From assembly GCA_009859145.1 (NCBI GenBank), contig VRVR01000010.1, forward strand, positions 285,330 to 349,329: a DNA stretch of 64,000 nt. The letters run 5' to 3'. Positions within the stretch are counted from its first letter, which is position 1; each line of letters opens with the position of its first letter. The position numbers were made by a program, and so were the translations under genes. Under the pieces are notes generated by a model, which searched no databases, was not told the origin of the DNA, and saw only the letters and a list, made by a program, of their open reading frames with translations. Of this stretch, positions 48,592-57,959 are shown piece after piece. Source of the DNA: Andalucia godoyi And28. Taxonomy: Eukaryota; Protista; Jakobida.

Positions 48592-51264
48592 TCACAAAAC
48601 GCTTTTTTCAAGATCAATCAAGCGAGATACGAGGTTTTCTACCGCAGCGACAGCTTCAGAGCGCTCTGCAACCCCATTCTTCAGCGGGGCTAGAGAAGCG
48701 ACAAGCTCTGTCGACATGACATGGAAATCGTCGAGGGGCAATTCGCCAGACAGAAACCGGCGAACCAGATGGATAAGCGCGGTGAGAATGCTTGCGACGG
48801 ACGAGGAAGACTCTTCGTAGCTGTACAAAGAATCAACAGAGGAATTGGAATGTTCATTCTTGATCGGCTCTGTCGTCGCACGGAAAGAGGATGCAGAAGA
48901 AGGAGTACTAGTCGCTGAAGCTGGGGCCGAGGTGGACGAAGAACCACCAGATGCAGCAGAGCCCGCGGCAGCAGAAGAGGAAGAGGAAGAGGAGGAGGAG
49001 GAGGAGGAGGAGGAGGAAGAGGAGGAAGAGGAGGAGTCGGAAAGCAAGTCCTGAGCGGCACTCACCAACAACCCGCGAATCGAAGTTTGCAGATGCAGCG
49101 AAGTCGGGCGAGATGGACGAGCCGCAAAGACTTGAAGAGCCTGGACAAGCAGGCGATTGACTCGTTGCAAGTTGAGAATGAGCATCGCAAAGGATTTGCG
49201 GAACTCATCCAGAACGGGGAGGCTGGTGCGATTGCATTTTTCCACATAGTCGTTGCATTCGCGAAGCTTGTCAACCATGGCAGCCTTGCGCTCTAAAAGA
49301 ATTTGGACCAGCAAAACAATGCGTGGATCCACGCATTGCACGGTGCTGGGATTCATCGACGCGACCCCGAGCTGCGCTCCAGTCACTGCCAGAACCTCGA
49401 GGATCCCTCGTCGATCAAACACAGACATGGAATTAGGCTGCTGCTGCGATGGAGTTGCCAAAGCGCCCGAAGCAGCCACATACCCCGCCCCGTGTCCGGC
49501 GCCATAGACGCTGAAGCCGATCGGGGTGATGAAGGACGGCGCCGACACGCGTGAATGCCGCCACGGAGCAGCAGCCTGTGTCAAATGAAGCGCTTCGTAC
49601 ATCGGAGAAATCGCAAAATCAGGGACGCGCACAAGATGGCCATGATAATCCTCATCGAGACGAACAATGTATTCGGACGGAGCACGAAATCGCGTATCGC
49701 GATCATCATCCTTTGCTCGCTCGCGAGGTTGCTGAGGAACCTTCGACACAACCGTTCCGCGAAGCACAAGGCCCGTGACATACTCCGCCACAACGACCAA
49801 TGTCTGCGCGGGAATTGCAGCCGGGACGGCATGATACTCCAGAACAACTTGGTCGTCGCGACCCCGCAGCGCTTTCGCATCCTGAATTTTGCGAACTACC
49901 TTGCGAAACCTCTCCAGCTTGTACATTTCACTCTCAATAAACGCCGGCGAAAATCTTCGAGGACGGCCCATCTGACTTCTCAAGAAACACCACTCTACTT
50001 TTGTCAGCTTCTGCCCCGGAGCAATTCCAAGGTCCAGCAAAATCCTAGAGAACTCCTCGTCCGCGAACCAGAAGTCATCGATGCACGAGCCTGAAAACTC
50101 GCAGATTGCCCATCGTCGAACGAGCGGATTCTGGAACATCAAGGGATTCGGCAGAGGAATGCCACGTCCAACGTCGGCAGAAGAGTCGTAGACATACCGA
50201 GTGCTTTGGAAGGCGTTTCCGTCTTGATCCGAGTCCGATCCTCTGCTCTGCGAAGACCCATCACTAGAGGACAAGGAAGACGAAGGTGTTGACGACGAAT
50301 GAATCTTGGAAGCAACAGTTTGCGCAGCCTTCCGTACTCTCCTCGGTGTCGTCGAGGATTCTTCCTTGTCTGAGTTGGGAGCATTTGCTGGGAGTGTGTC
50401 GCGAATCCACCAAATCTTTCGTTTCGATTTCCTTTCGAGGCCATCCGTGATCGACAGCACATGGTCCATTTCCTTTCGAATCAGAGGAACCTGCCTCAGA
50501 AAGCAAACAGTTTCTGGGTCTTCGACCACTTCGTCCTTCTTCGATCGCTTCCGTCCAGCGGATCGTCCGCGTTTTGAAGACGGCGCATCTTCGGAATCTT
50601 CCGAGTGCGATGCATTCGATCGTTTCCGACTAGACTTTGTCTCCATCGATTCATGATCTTCAAAACTGCTGGATGAATCGTCGTTCTCCTCGGAGCTCAA
50701 TCCTTGGACATTCACATTCCCTCTACTGTGATGCTGCACGTGTCGGATCACGTGTCTCTGCCCCCCGCGTCCCCTCGCTTCCTCATTGCCATCCTCATCC
50801 TCATTGTCATTATCATTACCTCTCTGACCGTGTCGTTGCTGGATAGAATGCATCGCAGACTTGCGAATCGGCTTCGGAGGCTCAGCCAACAGCAAATTCG
50901 ACTCCACATATGCATGCAATTTCTCAGCAGTCATCCGCGGTTGCGCGAGCAGCGTCTTCGTCTCCGAGAACAAGTGACGACACTGTTCTGGAGAATGGCT
51001 CGTTCCTTCCGCGATCTCCGTCCAATCAATCTCGTCTTCAACCCCGGCAGTCGCATTCACAGACGAAAACATGTGTCGCTTCACAGAACGCAGAAACCTC
51101 GACGTGTCCGCAAGTGACCACGGCTGCCCAAATCGACTTCCTCCGTCAGAAACCGATGAAAGCGCCTCTGCCACAGAAAAAATATCCTCTGGATCAATCA
51201 CAATCTGAGAGCTCAACGAACCATCTTCTACCGGATGGTCATTTCGAGTTCGGCTACGCATCAC
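48592..51264 (-). CDS. LIN9: LIN9/ALWAYS EARLY (DREAM complex) homologue: SANT-like, DIRP and Tudor-like domains
   Basis: DIRP motif WAICEF...IDDFWF...EF...LTKVEWCFLRSQMGRPRRFSPAF; N-terminal W...DWTEIA...SPEQCRHLF. Confidence 0.85.
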   Translation of the reverse strand: MMRSRTRNDHPVEDGSLSSQIVIDPEDIFSVAEALSSVSDGGSRFGQPWSLADTSRFLRSVKRHMFSSVNATAGVEDEIDWTEIAEGTSHSPEQCRHLFSETKTLLAQPRMTAEKLHAYVESNLLLAEPPKPIRKSAMHSIQQRHGQRGNDNDNEDEDGNEEARGRGGQRHVIRHVQHHSRGNVNVQGLSSEENDDSSSSFEDHESMETKSSRKRSNASHSEDSEDAPSSKRGRSAGRKRSKKDEVVEDPETVCFLRQVPLIRKEMDHVLSITDGLERKSKRKIWWIRDTLPANAPNSDKEESSTTPRRVRKAAQTVASKIHSSSTPSSSLSSSDGSSQSRGSDSDQDGNAFQSTRYVYDSSADVGRGIPLPNPLMFQNPLVRRWAICEFSGSCIDDFWFADEEFSRILLDLGIAPGQKLTKVEWCFLRSQMGRPRRFSPAFIESEMYKLERFRKVVRKIQDAKALRGRDDQVVLEYHAVPAAIPAQTLVVVAEYVTGLVLRGTVVSKVPQQPRERAKDDDRDTRFRAPSEYIVRLDEDYHGHLVRVPDFAISPMYEALHLTQAAAPWRHSRVSAPSFITPIGFSVYGAGHGAGYVAASGALATPSQQQPNSMSVFDRRGILEVLAVTGAQLGVASMNPSTVQCVDPRIVLLVQILLERKAAMVDKLRECNDYVEKCNRTSLPVLDEFRKSFAMLILNLQRVNRLLVQALQVFAARPSRPTSLHLQTSIRGLLVSAAQDLLSDSSSSSSSSSSSSSSSSSSSSSAAAGSAASGGSSSTSAPASATSTPSSASSFRATTEPIKNEHSNSSVDSLYSYEESSSSVASILTALIHLVRRFLSGELPLDDFHVMSTELVASLAPLKNGVAERSEAVAAVENLVSRLIDLEKSVL

Positions 51265-51712
51265 CTCTGACCTTTCCCCTCTTTTCCCTCCCGCTCAGAC
51301 GAAAAAGAGGACCAAACAAGCAATGGAGAAAAGATCAAATCCAGTCAAGCAAATAAAGAAAAAGAAGAAATATTGATTATAATGTATAGTGAAATGAAAA
51401 TATATGAGGAAAAAAAAATTAAAACAAAAGAAAATGAAAAATTAAAATAAAAACGTTTTAATATTGCGTTTTCTCAAAACAAAATATTTTGCAGAGGAAT
51501 TTCGGTCGATCGAGCAGAATCACAAAGTCGTTAACCAGATCGCTACGGTCGATAACTCAAATAATATACCGTACAAAAGGAGCTATTTTCCGTTTATGGG
51601 TTGGGTTCGTTTATGAATTTATGTATTGATTGCTATTATTTTTAAACTTTAATTTATAGAGAGAATGGGAAAATAAGGTCACGAATGGATCAGCGGGGCG
51701 TTTGTTCGTGCG

Positions 51713-54700
51713 TCAGTCGCTGAGCTCAATAGCGGAATCCTCTGACTCTGCAGATGTTTGTTGGTCGTCTTCAGACTGCAATTCCGCGTTGCTTTCCGAT
51801 GATGAGTACGCAGCATTCTCATCTCTGGGTGAGACACCACCGCCACTGCTGCTGCTGGCGGCCGATTCTTGCTCCACCTCGGATTCTGCTTCCATCTCGG
51901 CCTCTTCTTCTTCGACAGCAGTGGCCGCGGCACAAAGATTGATACCGGTGGCGTCCTTGACGTACAATGTGGCCGCGTACCGCGAAAGAACCGGACCCAA
52001 AACGGACTGGCGTACTCGAATCTTGGACAAACAGTCAACCGGGATCAGTTCTACGGATCGATCGTACATTTTCTGGAAAATGGCAATGCACGCATCCTGC
52101 TCTGGATTTGGCAGCTCCACACCTCGCATCGATTCCAAGGCAAGCGAGAGTCTCTGCACAAGGTTCTCCGCAGAGCGTGCATCTCCAAGACGAGGAAGTT
52201 CATCGAAGACGGGGGCGGTTGCAATGACATGGTTCGTCCAGAGCAGTGCAAGAAAATCGACAAAGACGCCGCATGTACTGTCCCAATCGGGAATGCGCAA
52301 TCGATGTGCCATCAGAGGCTGCAGATGTTCCAACCAGGCTTGCGCATAAAGCTCGTCAAGAAACATGGTCGGCAGCAGCTTTCCAAAACACAGACGATTC
52401 GCTTCGGAATACAGCCCAAGTTGCATGAGATCCGTAAACGACATAAAAATATCGCGATCTGCTAAAAGACAGAGAGTCTCATGTCGCCACTTTGCCGCCT
52501 GTTCAGCATACGGCATCCTTTTCAAGATGCCCTCGACAAACGAAAGAGAAATGGAAGGCTGGTAGAGGTGGTCCGAAAGCACAATATGCAGCACACGCAT
52601 TCGAACAACGTCCGAAATCTCGACATCCGGAATCTTCTCGAGAAATTCAAGCAGTTCCAGCGCAACACTTGCTTGAAACATCGCCTGCCCCAAAATGTGC
52701 TGTACCTTCTTTGGAATGACGGAGCGGTTCTTGTCTCGAATAGAGACAAAGAGATCAAATACAAGATACACCAAATCTGCTGACGCTTCCTTGTTCACAT
52801 AAGGAGTGTGCTCGAGTGTCAAGGACCGCCAATTCTTCACGGCAGAATCGTACCACACGGAAGCTGCAAGATGCTGCATCCACGACAGGTTCATCGGATG
52901 CTTGTTACGAATCAAGAGCTCGTAAAGAATGCGTTCTTCCGAACCATATAGCAAAAGTTCATCCGATGGTATGGGATCCAGGTCTGCGGGAACATGAACA
53001 GGTGTCTGGCAGACGAGAGACGCCAGTATGTAATTTCCTTTCTCCATCAACAAATCAACAGCGTCCTGGATACGGTGTTGAAACACAGCATTCAGAACTG
53101 GAGACTTTCCGTCTCCAAATGGAATTCCTGCAACAGCACGCTCCATATACCCGGATGCAAACTGCAGAACCTCCGGAAAATCCTGCTTCGAAAACAAACC
53201 ATCCAGCAACTCGCGAATCGCAAATGAAGACTTTTCGTTTCCCCGCTTCGACAAAACCTTTTGGAAGGACAAGGAATTGATTCTGTTTCCGTCTGCATAA
53301 TAAACCACGCCAAAAGGCGAGACATCAGCACTGAACCCGCATGGCTCTTCATGTTCGAGGACGAACGAAGAGCTCGGTCGGGAGATTTTCAGCGGCAACT
53401 TTTGACGTGGATTACGAAAAAACTGGATAGCATCACTCGGCTTCATTGCAGGCTCTGGAATCGTGACGCCATCACTGTCCGCTGCAGACGCAGTATCCTC
53501 TGGAGGCGTAACAGCATCGTGAGAGACAGTCTTTCCAGACAAAAGATTCGCGTGCAAAGCTCGCAGCCGTACGGCCTCTTGTTCGTCCCCGACATCCTCG
53601 ACCACAAGATCAATGTTCTGCCGATTGTGTGGCGCGGGTTCTTCTTGTTGAGGCAGTCGCCCTTGTGAAGGAGAATCCTGAAGAGCAGCTTCGACGTCAA
53701 AGGCCCATCGAGAAAAGTGATCCACTCGGAATATCCAAGTCTGATCTTCAATGGAGTAGGAAATGAAATGAGCATCCATTCGCTCCGTGTACAACGCAAC
53801 CTTTCGCTCGAATTCTTTGGGGGGATACCCTTCAGGAGGCGCAAGACCCAGCAGCGTTATGATAGCAGGCTTGTTGAGTTGCTCATTGCATTCTTCAGTC
53901 TCGACAGTTACCGACATTTGCTGTATATCAACGCAGACGTCAAGATCAACGTTCCGCAAGTCGACGGGTTCGCAAAATTCGATGCTGCCCACGGACTTGC
54001 GACCAATCAGAAACTTCTCGACGTGCGACACTTCATCCTCACTGCACGCAGCGAGCTCGTCAATTCGTGGCACACAATAATATCCCGCCTTCGTAAGACG
54101 CGGCACAAACGATGGGGCACGCGGGGATGCTGGGGACTTCAATGTGGTTGATGTGGTCTTGGAAAGACCTGCGGAAATTCGGTCTTCCGAAACATCATCT
54201 TTGCTGAAATGCAGGGCGTTTCGGTCATTGTCACTCACATCGCCGTCGTCATCCAGGGAGAAGTCCACAGGGATAGGACGAGGGACAAACCGCGATGGAG
54301 TCGCCGACAGTGATGAAACAGACGTATTCACCGCAGGCACATCGGAGGAAGCGGTCCCGTTCAATACATCTGCAGCAGGGACACTGCGAATTGATGACGA
54401 TAAAATACTAGAGCCCGTGCCGCCAAGTATGGAAGACGTATTCTGAGCTTGTTTTCCGACAGGAGTCCTTTTGATGGATGGTTTGTAAGCGTAGAACAGA
54501 TCGGAATCAATGGATCGAGCAGCAAGAGTCCCTTTCGCATCCGGGGTTTTCGTAGACGCAAGAACATCAGACTTGCTGGCGTTGGAAAGTGCCTTTTTGA
54601 TGGAAACAGGTAATGCACCTACCGACGTGAGGTCAACCTCTGCGGACAAAGACGTTCCAGCAACAGACATTGCATTGGGCATGGTACCCGGATAGGAGGC

Positions 54701-56452
54701 CGACGACGCAAACAGTCCAGTTGACTGCGGTTGATTCGCACCGAAGGTTGACATGTTCAAGGACTGATTCATAGAAGAAGTCCCAGGCATGGACAATCCA
54801 AATCCCGTAGATGTAGACGGCCCCATGCTGAATTGTGATGTTGTGCCACCTAAACCGCTGAATCCAGAAGAACCGACGAATCCGCCAGAAGTCGCAGGCA
54901 GAGAACCCGGCATCTGCGCACTAGTTGGTACACTGGGAAAAGAACTACCTTGTGCCGGGGGGATTTTAAATCCAAAGGATGATGCATTGAACGCTCCTGG
55001 CTGGCTGCTCGTCGCCGACGATCCTGAGAAACCGAAATTAGTAAGCTGAGGTTGAATGCCAGCACCAAATGCCACAGAACCCCCACTTGATGTTGGAACC
55101 GCAGGAGCGGCCATCAACCCACCACCACCAAAAATGTTGCCGGTGGCACCTGGTTGTCCAAACGATGTCATCGACTGGCCGGCAGTAGTAGTAGTAGCAG
55201 CAGTCGGAAGAGTTGCAGGTCCGGAGCCAAAAGTGCTCAGTGCTCCAGTTCCAAACCCTGTGCTCGCTCCAAAACCGGAAGATGCGAATGCGGGCTGCGA
55301 GGCTGCGCCGAATCCTCCTCCGCCGGGCTGTGCTGCAGATCCAGAGGTGGAAAATGGATTGGAAGAAGCGCCGAATCCGGAAGGAGCAGGCTGCGTGTTA
55401 AAGGCTGAAATGTTGGTCACCGGCATGACAGCGGAGCGCTGGCCACCGGAGAAAGCACCGGCTCCACCAAATCCGCTAGAGGTTGTTGATACAGCTCCGA
55501 ATCCAGAGCTGGGCTGAGCCGCACTTGTAAATCCAGAGTTTCCATAGGACGGGTTGTTACCAAAGCCAGAATACCCAAAACCACCTGACGCCGGCTGTGT
55601 CCCAAAGCCACCGGACGTGGGTTGCCCGCCAAATGCTCCGGTAGGTTGGGCCGCAAAGCCCGGCCCTGTGAGCGGCTTCGGCCCAGCTGTGGAGCCGAAA
55701 CCGGAGCCCATGCCAACCTGGGCTCCAAACCCAGAAGACGGAGCACCTCCACTCACTTGCCGAGCATACGTTGAAAGGTGAAGTTCCTCAAAACTGAAGT
55801 TTTGATACTGATTATCCGCCGATATCGAATGGAACTTGTGGCGAATTGTACTGGTGGGGCCATCCTGTAGCTGGTAGGGTCCCTTGAACGGAGTTGAGTC
55901 AAGCGCCGGGGCACCGCCGGTGCTGAAATATACGTTACTTACTGGCTGGTTGGAGAGTGTAGAAGAGCCAAAGCCCTGCACGGCAGTACTCCCTCCAAAA
56001 CCAGAAGATTGTCCAATCCCAAAGGCAGGTGCTGCAGAAGCGCCAAACCCTGTATTCGTCCCCTGCTGGCCTCCAAACCCTCCACCAAACCCCGCATTGG
56101 CTGCGGGTGCTGGCGCGGCATTCCATGCAGTGGAAGCGGTCGAAAATCCCGTGGGAGCAGGCGTTGCAACAGGCGCAAAACCAACCCTGTTCTGCTGGAC
56201 ACCAAGAGTTCCAAAGCCCGAATTTGCAGCTGCAGCAACAGGCTGTGCTCCGAACCCCGACTGCTGAACACCAAACGTTCCTGGGGCTGCCGGCTGGCTC
56301 CCAAATCCTCCTTGCACAGCAGGCTGTGCGCCGAAACCCCCTACTGATGGTGCGGGCGTCGCGCCAAACGCACTCGGGCGGTTCTGCACGTTGCTCCCAA
56401 ATCCAAATCCAGCACTTTGCTGCTGGCCAAATCCACCTTGCTGATTGAACAT
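51713..56452 (-). CDS. NUP98: Nup98-Nup96 precursor
   Basis: FG repeats, GLEBS-like FHSISADNQYQNFSFEELH, autoprotease domain ending WIFRVDHFS, helical Nup96-like remainder. Confidence 0.92.
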   Translation of the reverse strand: MFNQQGGFGQQQSAGFGFGSNVQNRPSAFGATPAPSVGGFGAQPAVQGGFGSQPAAPGTFGVQQSGFGAQPVAAAANSGFGTLGVQQNRVGFAPVATPAPTGFSTASTAWNAAPAPAANAGFGGGFGGQQGTNTGFGASAAPAFGIGQSSGFGGSTAVQGFGSSTLSNQPVSNVYFSTGGAPALDSTPFKGPYQLQDGPTSTIRHKFHSISADNQYQNFSFEELHLSTYARQVSGGAPSSGFGAQVGMGSGFGSTAGPKPLTGPGFAAQPTGAFGGQPTSGGFGTQPASGGFGYSGFGNNPSYGNSGFTSAAQPSSGFGAVSTTSSGFGGAGAFSGGQRSAVMPVTNISAFNTQPAPSGFGASSNPFSTSGSAAQPGGGGFGAASQPAFASSGFGASTGFGTGALSTFGSGPATLPTAATTTTAGQSMTSFGQPGATGNIFGGGGLMAAPAVPTSSGGSVAFGAGIQPQLTNFGFSGSSATSSQPGAFNASSFGFKIPPAQGSSFPSVPTSAQMPGSLPATSGGFVGSSGFSGLGGTTSQFSMGPSTSTGFGLSMPGTSSMNQSLNMSTFGANQPQSTGLFASSASYPGTMPNAMSVAGTSLSAEVDLTSVGALPVSIKKALSNASKSDVLASTKTPDAKGTLAARSIDSDLFYAYKPSIKRTPVGKQAQNTSSILGGTGSSILSSSIRSVPAADVLNGTASSDVPAVNTSVSSLSATPSRFVPRPIPVDFSLDDDGDVSDNDRNALHFSKDDVSEDRISAGLSKTTSTTLKSPASPRAPSFVPRLTKAGYYCVPRIDELAACSEDEVSHVEKFLIGRKSVGSIEFCEPVDLRNVDLDVCVDIQQMSVTVETEECNEQLNKPAIITLLGLAPPEGYPPKEFERKVALYTERMDAHFISYSIEDQTWIFRVDHFSRWAFDVEAALQDSPSQGRLPQQEEPAPHNRQNIDLVVEDVGDEQEAVRLRALHANLLSGKTVSHDAVTPPEDTASAADSDGVTIPEPAMKPSDAIQFFRNPRQKLPLKISRPSSSFVLEHEEPCGFSADVSPFGVVYYADGNRINSLSFQKVLSKRGNEKSSFAIRELLDGLFSKQDFPEVLQFASGYMERAVAGIPFGDGKSPVLNAVFQHRIQDAVDLLMEKGNYILASLVCQTPVHVPADLDPIPSDELLLYGSEERILYELLIRNKHPMNLSWMQHLAASVWYDSAVKNWRSLTLEHTPYVNKEASADLVYLVFDLFVSIRDKNRSVIPKKVQHILGQAMFQASVALELLEFLEKIPDVEISDVVRMRVLHIVLSDHLYQPSISLSFVEGILKRMPYAEQAAKWRHETLCLLADRDIFMSFTDLMQLGLYSEANRLCFGKLLPTMFLDELYAQAWLEHLQPLMAHRLRIPDWDSTCGVFVDFLALLWTNHVIATAPVFDELPRLGDARSAENLVQRLSLALESMRGVELPNPEQDACIAIFQKMYDRSVELIPVDCLSKIRVRQSVLGPVLSRYAATLYVKDATGINLCAAATAVEEEEAEMEAESEVEQESAASSSSGGGVSPRDENAAYSSSESNAELQSEDDQQTSAESEDSAIELSD

Positions 56453-56762
56453 TTCAATAATGCCCCGTCGCTGACAGATGAAGCGTTGGAATCACAGTCT
56501 GAACGAAGAAGGGGAAAGAAGGATAATCCGCAGAAAAGGAAACGCCAAACACGAACCGGAATTCTTTCACTGCTCGCTGCGAGGTGCTTTTATTGGAACT
56601 GCGAGAGGCGAGATAGGTTGGCCGCCCCCGTGTTTCACATTTCAAGTCTCAAGTCTCAAAGAAGTCTTCTCTTGCTACAGTCGTTGGATTTTTTGGATGC
56701 ATTTTTTTTTTCCTTTGGTTGGTTTTTTCAGTTTGATATTTTTTTAAATTACAAATATAAAT

Positions 56763-57959
56763 TTGAATTTGTTGAATGATTTGAAATTTTCAATTTTAAT
56801 GTTGAAAAGGGTGATGGCGGAGGAAGGAGAAGTGTCTAAAGATGGTCGAGATGGACATGCTGTACTGAGAGACTTTTGCGAACGGTATGACTTGGAGTAC
56901 TCGAAGTTTCTGAACATGCCGCCGATTGGGACGCATATCGTGGCGTTTCCGAGCCTGTCGGAGGTTCCGGACGGTTCAGTTGAATCAGTTGGAGCAGGAA
57001 AGTTGGACATCAACGGGGAGTCGTTCTTGCCTGTGAATTGGCTGCATCCGTTTCGGGTCTTTTCATCCGTTGTGGACGAGTCGACGTTTCGAGTCTCGCA
57101 ATCCCCGCTGTACAAAGCCGGACATATCTTGAGTGTGGACGCTGCGAGTATCGCGGCCGTGGTCGCCCTTGGTGTGGACAGCTCCCACTCGGTTCTGGAC
57201 ATGTGCTGCGCACCGGGAGCGAAGCTATCTCTGATTGCGCTTTGTCGTCCCCGTCGACTTGTTGGAATGGACGTGTCGCTGCCTCGGTTGCAGACTTGCC
57301 AGAACATTCTGCGAAAGTATGGGATTCGGAAGGAGGTTTGTCTGATGCGGTGCGACGCGAGTGCGGTCTTGCAAAGCACCGTCAAGGACGTTTGGAAGAT
57401 GCACACTTCTTTACCGCATATTGTGGATGTGGTGGATTCACAGACGTGTGCGAGGATGGTAATCAACAAGAATGCAAGGCGACATGCTCGGAAACGCAGA
57501 CGGATCGCTGAACCGGGGGAGGTCGACACGGAGGAAAATGATGGCTTTATGTTTGACCGCATCTTGCTGGATGTCGAGTGCTCGCACGACGGCAGCATCC
57601 GACATGTCAACAAGTTTGACGAACGGTTTTTGGACCACAGCCATATGAGTCAACTCATTGCAACGCAGCGAAAGAGTATTCGAAAAGCCTGGACGCTCTT
57701 GAAGCCCGGTGGCATCATGGTGTACTCTACATGTAGTTTTACAAAATGCCAGAACGAGGACATTGTCGAAGAATTCATCAAAGAAACACCAAGCGCTTCC
57801 GTTGACGAAATCCCACAAGCAGAGCATTGGCCCTGCTCGTGCATCGGTGGCAACCTCACTGGATCGCTTCGATTTGATCCATGGGTTTCAAAAACTAGTG
57901 GCCTGTACATATCCCGCATCAAGAAGGCGTGCATGTCATGCGAGGATCCTCCGTCATGA
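56763..57959 (+). CDS. NOL1/NOP2/Sun (NSUN)-family RNA m5C methyltransferase; start may be at a downstream Met
   Basis: VLDMCCAPGAK, FDRILLDVECSHDG, MVYSTCSF. Confidence 0.9.
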   Translation: MNLLNDLKFSILMLKRVMAEEGEVSKDGRDGHAVLRDFCERYDLEYSKFLNMPPIGTHIVAFPSLSEVPDGSVESVGAGKLDINGESFLPVNWLHPFRVFSSVVDESTFRVSQSPLYKAGHILSVDAASIAAVVALGVDSSHSVLDMCCAPGAKLSLIALCRPRRLVGMDVSLPRLQTCQNILRKYGIRKEVCLMRCDASAVLQSTVKDVWKMHTSLPHIVDVVDSQTCARMVINKNARRHARKRRRIAEPGEVDTEENDGFMFDRILLDVECSHDGSIRHVNKFDERFLDHSHMSQLIATQRKSIRKAWTLLKPGGIMVYSTCSFTKCQNEDIVEEFIKETPSASVDEIPQAEHWPCSCIGGNLTGSLRFDPWVSKTSGLYISRIKKACMSCEDPPS

